From NCBI RefSeq assembly GCF_001194135.2, contig NC_068989.1, positions 23,214,473 to 23,278,472 on the forward strand: a stretch of 64,000 bases of DNA, given 5' to 3'. The notes beneath the pieces were generated by a model. The model ran no database searches. It was not told where the DNA came from and saw only the letters and a list, made by a program, of their open reading frames with translations. Made by a program: the position numbers and the translations under genes. Of the stretch, positions 48,870-61,327 are shown piece by piece. Every line of letters begins with the position of its first letter. Position 1 is the stretch's first letter. The DNA comes from Octopus bimaculoides (lineage: Eukaryota).

Positions 48870-49200
48870 TCACTGAGGGGTATGTGTGTTAAGAAATGGT
48901 TGGAATTTCTCTATGAAAAGATTCTCCTTGATTCTTTCTTGTGTGGAGATTCTGTCTTTACATTGATAGAAAGGGAATATAAGGAATTTAGGGTTTTTGT
49001 TTCTGCCGCAAGAGTCTATATGGCCACTGGGTGGAATTTGGCGGTATTGAGGGAGATTTATTTGTACTTTATGGACTGCTACTCTTCTACGCAACGGGAA
49101 GCTCGTCTGTCCAATATAGAAGTTTTGGCAACCTGCACATGTGAGGACATAAATGAGTTTACCAGAGGAACAAGAGAAATCGGTTTTGATTTTAAACTTT
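48870..49200 (-). mobile_element. Penelope-like element GIY-YIG endonuclease fragment (Neptune-like)
   Basis: FSCSSGKLIYVLTCAGCQNFYIGQT...RRRVAVH...GHI...KENLFIEKFQPFLN, i.e. a GIY-YIG signature with CxxC..H..H. Confidence 0.85.
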
Positions 49201-50259
49201 ATATATATATATATATATATACATACACACATATATATATATATATAGGTATGGTTTCTACAGGTGAATGCCCTTCCTAATGCCTACTACTTGGTTACTG
49301 CTGTCCTGCTACCAGCAGCAGCAGTGATCTGCAGGCTATCTGCCACCAGCACTTCACCATTGCTGGCCAGCACATAGGTTACCAGATCCAGTGCAAGTGT
49401 GTGTGTGTGTTATGCATAATTCATTGCAGGTGTTGCTGTATTGCAACAAGTTAGTGTCCCAACTGAAAGGATGAAGAACAAGGTTGATCTTAGCAGAATT
49501 TGAAATGGCTTCAAATTCTAACACAAAGCCAGCAGTGTTAGAGAGCAGGGGCAAATTAACTACATCAACCCCAGCACTTGACTGGTACTTATTTTATTGA
49601 ACCTGAAATTTGAAGGTCGAAGTCAGCCTCAGCAGGATTTGAAACCAGAATGTAAAGAGTCACAAGAAACACTGTATGGTATTTTTTGTTTGAAGTTCTT
49701 ACAATTTTGCAACCTCACCACAATAACAACAGCAACAATATCAACAATGACAATGTCACTATTAACATGCAGAAACACTGGAACGTAAATGTCAACGTAG
49801 CCAAAAATATAAGTTGACATAATGGTATAATATACATAGAAGTAGGACAGTGTTATCTATTTTATGTCAGAAGTCAGTCGCAACTTGTAGATGGAAGAAT
49901 CTGAATAATAAAAAGTAAATATTTCAACAGAGAATGTAAACATATTTAATTGATGATGAACTTTTAACCGGACTGCCTGCTCGAGAAATAATAGGAACTA
50001 TTAAGTAATGCCTGAGTCATATAAAAAGAGGTAAAGCACAAATTATGCCAACATGTGTATATCTATATATGTATGTGTATATATATATATATATATATGT
50101 ATATACACACACACCATTATCTCAAGGTGTGTGTATGTGTCACTCATTAAGTTTCTAGTTCTTGGTTTCTTACTTTATGATGGTTTTGTAGATATTATAC
50201 CATAGATTTATATATCTTCATTAGATTCTAATTCTCATACAACTTATACTTGTTTAGGA

Positions 50260-50330
<71 letters not shown>

Positions 50331-50882
50331 CACACACACACACACACACATATATACATACACACACACTATTATATATATTAATTCTTCAGTTCTGGCG
50401 TGGCTGGCCAATTCTTTAAATACAAATTTTTGTAAGATTCTTTAAAACTCTTGTCTAATCTAACTTTCTTTGAAACAATAGAGCCTCTGTAACAACTTGG
50501 GTATTTGAAGGCTCTGCTCTAACACTACCACCTCATACCATATCACAATCCTCCTAAATCTACCACTTCTGCCTTGTCACTCTCCAGCCCACATTGTAAA
50601 CTGTTTATTTGAACAATAAACTATTTTTCCTTTACACAGTACTTACTTATTCTATCTCCCTTCCTGCAAGCAATTTCCTAACTCTGAACAGCTCTTAATA
50701 CACTTTTGTGTCATCCCTCTTCCTCTCATATTCCTTTTTAAATGGTACAAGCATCTTTCCATGAGCTACCTTGTAAATATACTACTCTTAGCCACTCCAC
50801 CACACTATACCCCGACACTGACAAGAGGTAGTAACCAAATCACCCTCAAATCAAACCGTATTTTCTCATAAAAAGGAATATA

Positions 50883-51007
50883 CACGGTGTCCACAAAGTC
50901 TGGGTACATGGGGATTAACACACTTTAAGAAATTATTATTTCTTATATTTAATTGTTTATGTTACGATTTTATTTACTCTATGTACCCAGACCTTGTGGA
51001 CACCTTG
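50883..51007. mobile_element. 125-bp Tc1/mariner-type MITE
   Basis: TIRs cacggtgtccacaaagtctgggtacat / atgtacccagaccttgtggacaccttg, with TA on both sides. Confidence 0.82.
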
Positions 51008-52324
51008 TAGAATGAGTAATACATTCGTAGATATCTGATCTGCTCAGTCAGGAATTAGCTAATGCTAAATTATAACCCCACCAAAATTATCTTCTTGATA
51101 TAAATACAGTCTTTATAAAATGAAAATTTTTTCTCACCACATTCAGGTGTGTTGATGCTGACTTCATTATAGATATAAGCAGATGATTACTGAATATGAT
51201 TTATCACAAGCATGATGTTACACAAAGTATAAATGCCATCATCACATAACATTAAAAAAACTTCCATGTTTTAGACTAATAAAACCTGAAAGTCAGGTAC
51301 AAATATGGGAAAGAAAATCAATTGTGTATATTTGTTTTTGCACAGGGTTTTGTAAGGACAATATTTCAACAAGGCCAAGAGTATATTTACTACCTGTACA
51401 ATTGGTCTAAATATATAACTAATTCTATTTTAATACTACTAGCAATGGAGAAGTATACATGAGCTAGTGAGGAAGCCTCAACATGATTGCTCAACCCATT
51501 AAAAATATTAACTAAATGTCCCTCAACTCACACATCATCTAGACTTCAAAAAGGAAAGACTCATTGGATAACGTAGTCTGGCGGGGAAAAGATAAAATGA
51601 TGTTAACTGCAACACCCTTGATAATACCCCTGCTTGTTCAGGATCAACCTGAAGCTAAAGCGTGACAGAATGAAAAAAAAAAAAAGGCATCGAAGGGGCG
51701 ATGCATATCCTGTGTGCAGATAAATTTTTCACAAATTATAGTGTGGCTTACAAGGCATTGCTTATCGATGCTTTTTAACTCAACTGAGTTAAGCTTTGTA
51801 AGTGTTTGACTAAAAGAGGATTAGAAGCCTAAGTAGATGACAGCTAAAAGAAGACTTGATCGATGTCTACGCCAAATGCATACGAGTGAAATTTGCATAT
51901 GACTAAATGATTATTCAAATAATAATCATTATTATGAAAAAGAAAATGAACAAAATGAAATATTTATAGAAAATATTGCATAGATTTGAGAAGAGTTTTC
52001 AACATCTTTCAATGATTGCAGGCAAATCACAGGTACTGTACTTCATTGTAGGATATAAATAATATAACCACTTGCTTATCGGAAAATTTGTAAGTTGGAT
52101 TCTTTTTTTTTTATATTTTTATCTAAATTATCACCATTATAGGTATTTATACTCCGGTGAAATTAAGAAATCAATTCATAAATAAATGAAACCTTGAATC
52201 CATCACTGTACACACACACAGAGTTGCATATCTATGTATTTATGTATGTATGTACCAACATATGTCTACATGCATAGATACACCACGATCTATACACACG
52301 TAAACAAGGGTCAAATCAAATGAG

Positions 52325-52382
<58 letters not shown>

Positions 52383-52450
52383 TGTGAGTCATCTAAGAGA
52401 CCATAAGTTAGGGAAGAGATGAACTCATATTTGTCAGTAGAGTAGGTATC

Positions 52451-52772
52451 TTATCCAAAATGTAAAGTATTAAATATCCATCACGGCTGGTCTTACCAGT
52501 CGGTCTCATGGAGAGAATACAATGGAGTGTTAGGTAACAAGCCGATTATATAACTTTACGCTCATCAGAGTTAGCTGATATGGAAGAGAATATGGTGACT
52601 GCTTTCTATTCTATTCGAATAGAGAGCAGTTGCCATATTCCATATTGGCTAACTCTGATGAGTGTAAAGTTATATAATTGGTTTGTTACCTAGCACTCCA
52701 TTGTATTCATTACATGAAACCGATTGGTAAGACCAGCTGTGATGGATATTTAATACTATACATTTCAGATAA
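52451..52772. repeat. ~320-bp loopless palindrome with a hammerhead-like core
   Basis: Arms meet at ctattc|gaatag (52611-52622). The right arm has CTGATGA at 52655-52661 and GAAA at 52716-52719. Confidence 0.88.
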
Positions 52773-52884
52773 TATATATATATATATATATATGTATAGT
52801 GTACTGTTCCATGATGGTAATATCAACAAAAAAAGTACTCCATCTGGTGAGAGATAAATAGTATTTAACAGAAATAATCCTTTT

Positions 52885-53181
52885 TTTTTTTATGTGCAAG
52901 TAATAGATTCTTGTGCTGAGAACACACCAAAACGCTGCATAGGTCGCATGCACATAAATTTTTTTGCAAAAAATTTGCATACTCGAAACATTTTGATTCA
53001 CCTGTCCACCAGTTTTGAAGATAAGATAAACAAATTTTCATCATTTCGAGCCATTCCCCCAATGAGTATTTCTGCCAAATTTGGTGAAAACCCATTCAGC
53101 CATTTTCCAGTAATTTTGCAAACAAACAGATAAAGACAAGTGATTACAATACCCTGCTTTCACTTACTCACACAGGGTAAT
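52885..53181 (+). mobile_element. Helitron/DINE-like non-autonomous element
   Basis: ccaaatttggtgaaaa..cattcagcc core, an aaac/agac tract and a terminal hairpin taccctg...cagggta. The 5' limit is uncertain. Confidence 0.45.
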
Positions 53182-56100
53182 TAGGGAGAGAAAAGTGGAA
53201 GGGACACGGCTAGAACTGTATGTTTGAATGAAGTACTATTTATCTACAGTTCCATAATATGGAGATAAAATTATTATGATGACATGGGCTATATTAATAT
53301 TGGAATATTACTTTTAGCCTTGCCAATGTGATATTCCATGAGGAAGAAACAGTTCGGACTGTATAAGCTATGGAATTAAGCATTCATGTCAGACAAAACA
53401 CACCACTAAAATATGAAAACTGAAAAACCTTAGCCTTCCCTTCACACAAGATAAATATAATAGTAGTCACAAAGTACAAGTATTTTCAGAAATAAAATAC
53501 ACTTGAGACAATTAAGAACTCTTATGTTTTCCCAGACATCATCCTGTGATGCACCTGAACACATCATCAGTGATGCTTCCTAAGGCCATTAGGGGTTTCA
53601 TATCTTTCAGCAATGAGAGACCCTCTAACCTTGGACTACATCAGGAGGAGAATCAAATGTCGAATTAGATTTATAGGGCGCAAAATTACTAACAAAAAAA
53701 AAGTATAAGTTATTTCTAGTTCTTTGTAAACAGGTTTTAAAAATGATGAGGAATTTTAAGCCATTTAAAATTTGCACAATATTCAGCTAAAGTTAAAACA
53801 AGCCTACATGAATCTGATACTTTAATATTTAAATCGTATCTATTATGTGTATTCTGCCAGCATAGATCTTCCTTCTATGTACACAGTACATAGAAGGAAG
53901 AGTTTTACATAGTTCAATCAATATTTTTATCACACAAAACAATGTGTAATGGTAATATATGATCAGGAATAATGAATGGGTACATTCTCTATTCTCTTTA
54001 CCCCACAAATCAGTTAGAGATAGAAAGGGAGATACATATACACACATTTATTTCAATTAGCGGGCACCATTCATGAGTTTACTCAAGTTTATGTGATGGT
54101 TGCCTTTTGTTTTTAAATTTTCATGCATAACACTAGTTTATGAAGCAGTCAGGCAGATTTGTGGTGGTTTAAATCATCATATCTAACACAATGTCTCTCT
54201 TCTAATTACATAACATGAATCCTAGATCAAGAGAATTTAGCTTGGGATGACCGGAGACTAAACAGCAATAAGTCTCTTGACTCTTCAAAGCAGCACCTAT
54301 TCTAGCCAAAAAATATCTTATGTATGTATGTATGTATGTATATATGGACAGACAGACAGACATTATTTCACTTAAACATTGCGATACTAATAACCTGGTG
54401 TAGAACTCAATATATGTATGCTTCAAAACGAAGCATTAGTCGCGTACAGGGCGGTAATGAGAAAATGAGATGACAAAGGAATAAACGATTATCTTATGAA
54501 CTTCATTAGCTTACAGCTGTTTCTGTAATAAGATGCAGTGAACTCATAGTTGAGAGCCCAAGTAACACCTTACAGGCATGGGGCACACTGGGCAAGTGTC
54601 CTGGGGCCTCGCGAGTCTAGGGATCCAATTCTGATCTGTTTTCGGTTAGTCAATAAATAAATACTGTAGGGCTTAGTGCATTGATTTACTCAGGAACCTA
54701 TAACGCTGCTAAGACGGTCTTGCAAGTGTTCCCCCACCCCCATCAACTTCGTTTCCTAACTTACGAAAAAAATAGACATTCTTTAATGAAATAAGACGAG
54801 ATGGAGGTGCATGCTCATATAGATGAGCCTATGGCAATCCTTGAAGTGGAGGCTGCTTAACCCCACGTCAGCCAGGATCGAGCTAACCTACGATCGAACG
54901 CATTCCCTCCGCCGTATTGAATCATTCCATCTTTTTTTCTATCATCTAATGTATTAATTTCTAAGGAGACGGAGTGGAGTGCGAGTTGATGGAAACTTAG
55001 CTGCTATTTCTGCCACGTCGAGCAACCACCTAAGCTCCACCTGCTAAAAATAGCAGTCACACCTCTTTCAAATTCCACCTTAAGGTCCTTAAATTTTTCA
55101 CTACAGACACAGTAGTTCTAAATAAAAGCATGGTATGCATGAACGGAACCTCTTTGGTTATGGATCTGCTCATTTAGGGACTAAACAACAAATGAATCCA
55201 AAGTCTCAGGCATTTATGTAGGTAGATATTCTAGGGAGTGACAAACTCAAAGATATGTCTAGCCCGGCAACCAATCAAGATTTCATCAACCACTATTTAA
55301 TGTGACATAACTACTGCGAACCAATTAGAGCCTCTAACTAGTCACTTGACCCTGCTAAAAAAAGACCCAAATATTTAAAATTACCCTCGATCATCTTAAA
55401 AAAGGAAGGACTGTAATTTTGATGAAACAAAAATGACGATTGCCATATCTGAATGTCTACGATCAAAGATATGTTTACTCAGGATTGACCTAGGGCTAAA
55501 GAACAAATTTTACCACCCCAAAGGCGACAGTCATTCTAAGTTAAATTAATATTTTGTAATAAAATAGTGGAGATAAAAAAACAAGAGTAAATCACAAAGT
55601 TGAATGTCTTACAGACATTTTCATTTCCTTCAGTGTCAGTTGTCTATAACTCCAGACCTCATTCAAGAGACCCCCCATCATCAAAAGTATTCAAAGACCG
55701 TGACAATCCCATCTAGTAAATATCTATAGCATTAACTCAGACTACATTAACGAATGTCTATTTTTCCTTTAGGACAGTGCCCTTAAATGATCTGAGGGAT
55801 GTTTTAGCTATCATTTTAACAGGTCAGACACAGCAGACAAAGATTCATTCCCTCGCTGATTATTTTTCGATTGTGTGTTTCAGTCAATGTCGACTTTTAT
55901 CTGCCTTCTTTCTCACCTAAATACCAACAATGAAGCGATTAAATCAACTATCTTTTTATTTTAAACCAAACGAGACTCACTTCAACTTTATCGATCCATA
56001 CTGCTTAGTTTTAAACAACTAAATTGTATTCGTTGAGACAATTTAGTAAGAAATAGTCATTCAGAGGATACCAGTTCCCTCGCTGGGAAAGTTAGTAAAT

Positions 56101-56655
56101 AATATTAATTGAAGTATGACTAACACGCCATGACAATAACGTAATTATTATGAGGGTTAATTAAGAAGCTGTATAGTTAGTGAATATGATGGAAGGGTGG
56201 TAATGTTATTTATTTTGTATAACCCGAGGTAGATCAAAGATAAAGTCGATCTGTGCCAGATTTTAAAGTTCACGACTTTCCTGTCGCTACAACCACCATT
56301 GTGTGGTGACTGTTGATAATAACATTTTAAGGTGTGGTTATTACAATAGCAAAGAAATAAAGATATTTTAGGTGGTGTAATGGCTACAGATGAAGATATT
56401 TAGAATAAAGGTCCTGCGAAAAAGGGGTGTTTTTCTTTCTGTTTTTGTAAGGTCTGAACTAAGTTGACATTTCATTAACAGAAAAAAAAGCGGAGCATTT
56501 TTGAGGTAAAGAAAATTAAGTTTCAGAGCGACGAAAGAGAAACAAAGGAATAAAAATAAAACATAGAGTAAACATATAAACTGTCAAAATATTTCGAGGG
56601 AAGGAGAAAAATAAATAACTGGGGGTTTTTTTTTTCTTTCTCAATTAAATCTTAC

Positions 56656-56683
56656 CTCCAATACGTTCTTCTGTTAATTGCGA
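56656..56683 (-). CDS. Mlc-c: Myosin essential light chain exon 2
   Basis: tccttatcttttcag|TCGCAATTAACAGAAGAACGTATTGGAG|gtaaga, 28 nt, phase 0/1; encodes SQLTEERIG. Same size as the corresponding MYL6 micro-exon. Confidence 0.9.
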
Positions 56684-56843
56684 CTGAAAAGATAAGGATA
56701 TGAAAGATATTTTAGATAGAGATATAGTTTAACATTTATAATAACAAGGAGGGGAAAAACAGCAATATATTTTTTTTTAAATGAGTCGATTAAATGGTGA
56801 AAATGTGAAATATAAGCGAGAAAAGTAAGAAGGAGACAATTAC

Positions 56844-56846
56844 CAT
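56844..56846 (-). CDS. Mlc-c: Myosin essential light chain exon 1 coding part (ATG only)
   Basis: gacaaaATG|gtaatt. Spliced CDS is 3+28+141+165+78+29 = 444 nt, i.e. 147 aa plus stop, in frame throughout. Confidence 0.88.
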
Positions 56847-56930
56847 TTTGTCAAGTTGAATGATGAGTGAAATACTACTTCCGTTACTAATGGCTGATGG
56901 GACCAAACAACACACACTAGCTTAGCGTCA
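56847..56930 (-). promoter_or_regulatory. Probable 5' UTR / core promoter of Mlc
   Basis: ETS-type CGGAAGT on the minus strand (56877-56883), ~30 nt upstream of the ATG; no TATA seen. The TSS cannot be fixed from sequence. Confidence 0.45.
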
Positions 56931-57935
56931 CACTTTACTACTGACTGACTGACTAATTCATTCAATTTTACTTCCTCGTTCAGCTTGTGGATGTTTAAAA
57001 TGTTTAAATACCATCCCCTCTCCTATGTCAGCTCTGACTCAGCCGATCTATTATCAAAGACGTCCCAGTTGTGACCACTTATCTTGGCGGAATTATAGTT
57101 TAAGCACACCATATAACTTTTATTTTTGGAATTTTCAGGTAATTTTTGCGAATTTGTGTTCTACACACAGTAATTTATACGATTATAAAATATTTTTGAA
57201 ACCCCTCCCCGCTTCATAAGCCCAAAAAGTTCCACTCTTTTTCGAATTTTTAATAGAGTTTGAAATACGGACAGTCCGAATTCTTTGCTTAAATCTCATC
57301 ATCATTCCGTTAAATGTGTTTATAGGGAGAAAATATTGAAAAACATCAATACATGTCAGTGTGACAAAGAAGTGAGGAAGGTATCTGGTGGTCGTGAGAT
57401 GTGCTAAAAATAACAGCTAAATAACCCTTAAATCAGACACACGAAAATTGTTTTCTTAATTGTATGAATTCCCCTGTGCAGAATACAAATCTGCAAAAAT
57501 TTTCTGAAAATTCCAAAAAATAAAAAAGTTATGAGGAGTTATATGCAATGCTTAAACCAGAATTCTGCCCCCATCTTTTACTCGGAAATACTATATCTTG
57601 GACTTCAATTATGTCATATTCATGGAGGTATTGGAAGAGTTCTGGACTACCTACACAAGTGTGCTTTCTTCTTTGTTTCCAAATAACTTTCAGAAAAATA
57701 GATGTTTTAATAAAAATTTTTACAAATGCCCTTTAGATGGGACAGATCACGATTATATCAGAATTTGATGTAAGAAAAAATTGATGGGTGTGCACATGTG
57801 TGTACTAACAACACATAGCGCCCAACTTTTCCCCGCTATTTAAGTTTCGTTTTGTAGACGCTAGTAACCACTTTACTATGAAGTTTTTATACAGCAGTTA
57901 TTTTCTCCCCACTTTCTCTCTCTTTCTCTCTCACT

Positions 57936-58700
57936 AGCCAGATTGACTACATCTTCACCAGCCATGGGAACACATATATACTCGTAAATGCAAAATCTTT
58001 CCCAGGTGAAGAATGTACAACACAACATAAGCTAATAGTTAGTGACTTAAGGCTTAGGGCCAGAAGGATCCAGAGATGCAATCCGATTTGGAAAAGGAGG
58101 TTGTGGAAGCTCAAGGATCCTTCAAACAGGCAGAGATTTAGAGATGTTCTTAATGAGGCCTTTGATGAGAAAGAGGAAGAGATAGAGACATATGATGTAG
58201 AACAGGGGTTTTCAAACTTTTTGACTTGTGGACTCCTTTATATTTCAGGCTTTACCTTAGGGACCCCCTTATAAATGCTTATGAAATTTATACAATAAAT
58301 ATTTGCTTAAAATAACATATTTTTACATTTATTTATTTAACAGTATTTAGCAAATAGGTTTATTGTCAATTATACACACAAGATTTTTTTAATACATACT
58401 TAGTGAGAAGGATGTCCTTGCGGACCACAGTTTGAAAAACCCTGATGTAGAGGACAACTGGAAGCTTCTAAGGGACAATCCACTAAGGGCAACAGGCCAA
58501 ATCTGTGGTTGAAGCAAAGTCTAGGGTGATGTGGTGGTGGAACAGTGATGTTGTCAAGGCCATAAAAGAGAAAAGACAAGTCTGGAAAGAATGGAAAAGA
58601 GTGGGTAGCAAAGAATCATATCAGAAAGCTAAAAGGGAAGCTAGACGTCAGGTTTATCTAGCAAGGGCAGAAGTAGAAAAGAGGTTTGCCAATGTGGGTG
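57936..58700 (+). mobile_element. RTE-clade LINE fragment (end of endonuclease and linker), split by a hAT MITE
   Basis: SQIDYIF, KSFPGEECTTQHKLIV, RRLWKLKDP, WWWNSDVVKAIKEKRQVWKEWK. Confidence 0.8.
58203..58444. mobile_element. hAT-type MITE
   Basis: TIRs caggggttttcaaact / agtttgaaaaaccctg; 8-bp TSD atgtagaa / atgtagag. Confidence 0.88.
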
Positions 58701-59139
58701 TATATGTGCATAAAGTGTATGTGGCCATGTGTGAGTGTGTGAATGTGGGTGTGAGAGGTGAGGTGACAAGTGTATATCATCATCATCATCATTTAACGTC
58801 CACTTTCCATGCTAGCATGGGTGGGATAGTTTCACAAGAGTCAGCCAGGCAGAAACCTGCACCAGACTTCTGTGACTGTTTTGGCTGGATTTTTACAGCT
58901 GGATACCCTTCCTTACACTAACCACTCAATGTGTGGGTATAACACACAGGTTGGGGGCAAGCAGAGAGCAATGATACAGTGACACAGGGCCAAGAGGACA
59001 GGATAGGGGAGTGGGAGGTAAGCATAGTACATGAAGCGGAAATTTGAGGAAGAGAAGAGATGTAGAGATGTAGTTTGGTTTGTTGTGGTAGAGTGTGTGA
59101 GAAGTTTTCTTGTTAAGTGTGTGTGGGACAGACAGCACT

Positions 59140-59800
59140 TCTAGAACTCAGTTTCACTGACATAGGCAGGTCTTCTCAAGAACTTCATATCGCCAGACAT
59201 CTTGGTCCATTGTCATTTCCTCTTTGAGGCCCAACTTCCTGAAATCAGTCCTTACCACTTCATCTCACATCTTCCTGGGTCTCCCTCTTCCGCAGGCACC
59301 ATCCACTTTTAGTGATCGGCACTTCTTTATGCAGCTGTTCTCATTCATACTCATCACGTGTCCAAACCAGCATAGTCTTCTCTCTTGCATGCTACATTTG
59401 ATTCCTCTTCTGCCCAACTTTTCTCTCAATACATTTACACTTTGCCATACACATGCACTAATGTTGCACATCCAATGGAGCATACTACCTTCTTTTCTCT
59501 CCAGTCTACACGTCTTCTGCATTCAGGGCCTATGTCTCACTACCATGGAGTATAGCTGTTCGCACACAATCATCATATAGTCTACCTTTCACTCTGAGAG
59601 AGAGTCCTTTTGTTGCCAACAGAGGTAATAGTTCTCTGAACTTCCTCTATCCAATTCTTATTCTAGAAACAATACTTTCAGAGCATCCTCCACCATTGCT
59701 CATTTCATCACCTAGGTAACAGAAACTATCTACAACCTCAAGAGAGCCTCCTGGGCATTTGAGAGAATCTAATTCTCATGTGCTCATAGTGCTTATTGTT
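59140..59800 (-). mobile_element. RTE-clade LINE RT C-terminal fragment
   Basis: Minus strand: SFCYLGD, SIVSRIRIG, MLHWMCN, RLCWFGHV, GRGRPRK. Confidence 0.82.
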
Positions 59801-59968
59801 CCTGCTCATCTGCCACATACAAAGACGAATTTATCTGTTAATCTATCTGTGATTCCACTGCATCTCTTATGTGTCCATAGATTACATTGGATGCAGTGAA
59901 TGGAATTTCTTCCAACTCCTTTCCTACATATTAAGCAGGGCCATTTACCTGACAGAAAGAGAGTTTTA

Positions 59969-61187
59969 TTAGGTCGTCAAGTATGAAATTTGTAATAAGG
60001 TATATGGTAAACTTTGACAGCTGCCCATTTTGCGTCATTATTATATTTTGACAATATTTTTTGTTAGAAAGCTGACACATCTATTTCTTTATTATAACTC
60101 ATTTTGTGCTTTATAAAGTATTTATAAATCATTTTTTGCTATTTTTGTTTAAAGATGGATAAGTCGGAAATTCATACAGTTTTGAAATATGAGTTCTTTC
60201 TTGGAAATACAGCATCACAGACAGCTCGGAATATTAATGGAGTATTTAATTTTAACATTATTACACAGCAGACAGTATCAAATTGGTTAGCGAAATTCCA
60301 TTCTGGTAACTTTGACCTTACAAATGAGCAACATGGTTGACCAGAAACAAAGGTGGATGATGACAAACTGAAAGCCACTGACGAGTCAGATCCAGCAAGC
60401 AAACAATACTGACTCGCATAGTTCAAATTGGTAAAGTGAAAAAGTTGGATAAGTGGGTTTCACATAAACTCAATGAAAATCAGAAACAGCAACGTTTGGA
60501 AGCCTGCATTATGCTACTTTCTCATCACAAAAATGAATCATTTTTGAATCGAATTGTAACATGTGATGATAAATGGATCCAATACAACAACCGTAAATGT
60601 TCAGAACAATGGTTGGACAAAGACGATCCACCAAAGCACAATCCAAAAAGCAAAATTCATTAAAAAAAGCTGATGGTGTGTGTTTGGTGGTCTGGTGCAG
60701 ATGTGATCCATTATGATTTCATTAAACCTGGCTCATCAATCACAGCTGAAGTATACTGCAGCCAACTGGACCAAATGATGCAGAAACTTACAAAAAAAAA
60801 ACAGCCTAGATTAGTCAACAGATTCACTCCTATTTTATTGCAAGACAACACCAGACCACACATTGCAAAAATGACATTGGCAAAACTACAGGAGTTGGAG
60901 TTGGAAGTTCTCCATCATCCACCATACTCACTTGATCTTGCCCCTACTGACTACCACTTCTTCCAGAATATGGATAACTTTTTGATAGGAAAAAAATTTA
61001 ATTCCAACGATGCTGTAAAACAGGCCTTCCATGATTTTCATAGTTCCCTGCTGGACAAGCTACCATTGAAATGGCAAGTGTTTTGACAATATGGGTACAT
61101 ACTTTGATGAATAAAGCTATTCCTTGTATTTATAAAACATTTGCAAACTTATTTTCTTTTCTACAAATTTCATACTTGACAACCTAA
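59969..61187 (+). mobile_element. mariner transposon (cecropia/Hsmar1-like), decayed
   Basis: 26-bp TIRs ttaggt(c/t)gtcaagtatgaaatttgta with TA on both sides (59967-59968, 61188-61189). Confidence 0.95.
60155..61110 (+). pseudogene. mariner DD34D transposase pseudogene
   Basis: MDKSEIHTVLKYEF, IVTCDDKW, LLQDNTRPH, HPPYSLDLAPTDYHFF. Stops at ~60338 and ~60661, plus a short internal deletion. Confidence 0.92.
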
Positions 61188-61287
61188 TATCTTCTTTCTT
61201 ACTAACAACAACTTTTATCTTAGCTAGGTTAACTTTAAGGCCCTTTGATTCCAGGTTTTGTCCCCATACCTGGAATTTCTTCTCCAT

Positions 61288-61327
<40 letters not shown>

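Noticed and set aside
50013-50028. Adjacent AP-1 (TGAGTCA) and TATA (TATAAAAAG) motifs on the plus strand
   Set aside because: Short motifs are expected by chance in 64 kb of AT-rich DNA, and no downstream exon or gene is evident.
54490-54560. Minus-strand GAAAC-AGCT-GTA resembling a PLE hammerhead stem III
   Set aside because: The upstream core reads CTATGA rather than CTGATGA and stem II does not pair; too decayed to claim.
55613-55643. 31-nt phase 0/1 candidate mutually exclusive exon 2 (TTDTEGNENV) with a gtaaga donor
   Set aside because: The acceptor lacks a polypyrimidine tract, it would place Tyr at a conserved acidic position, and there is no homology.
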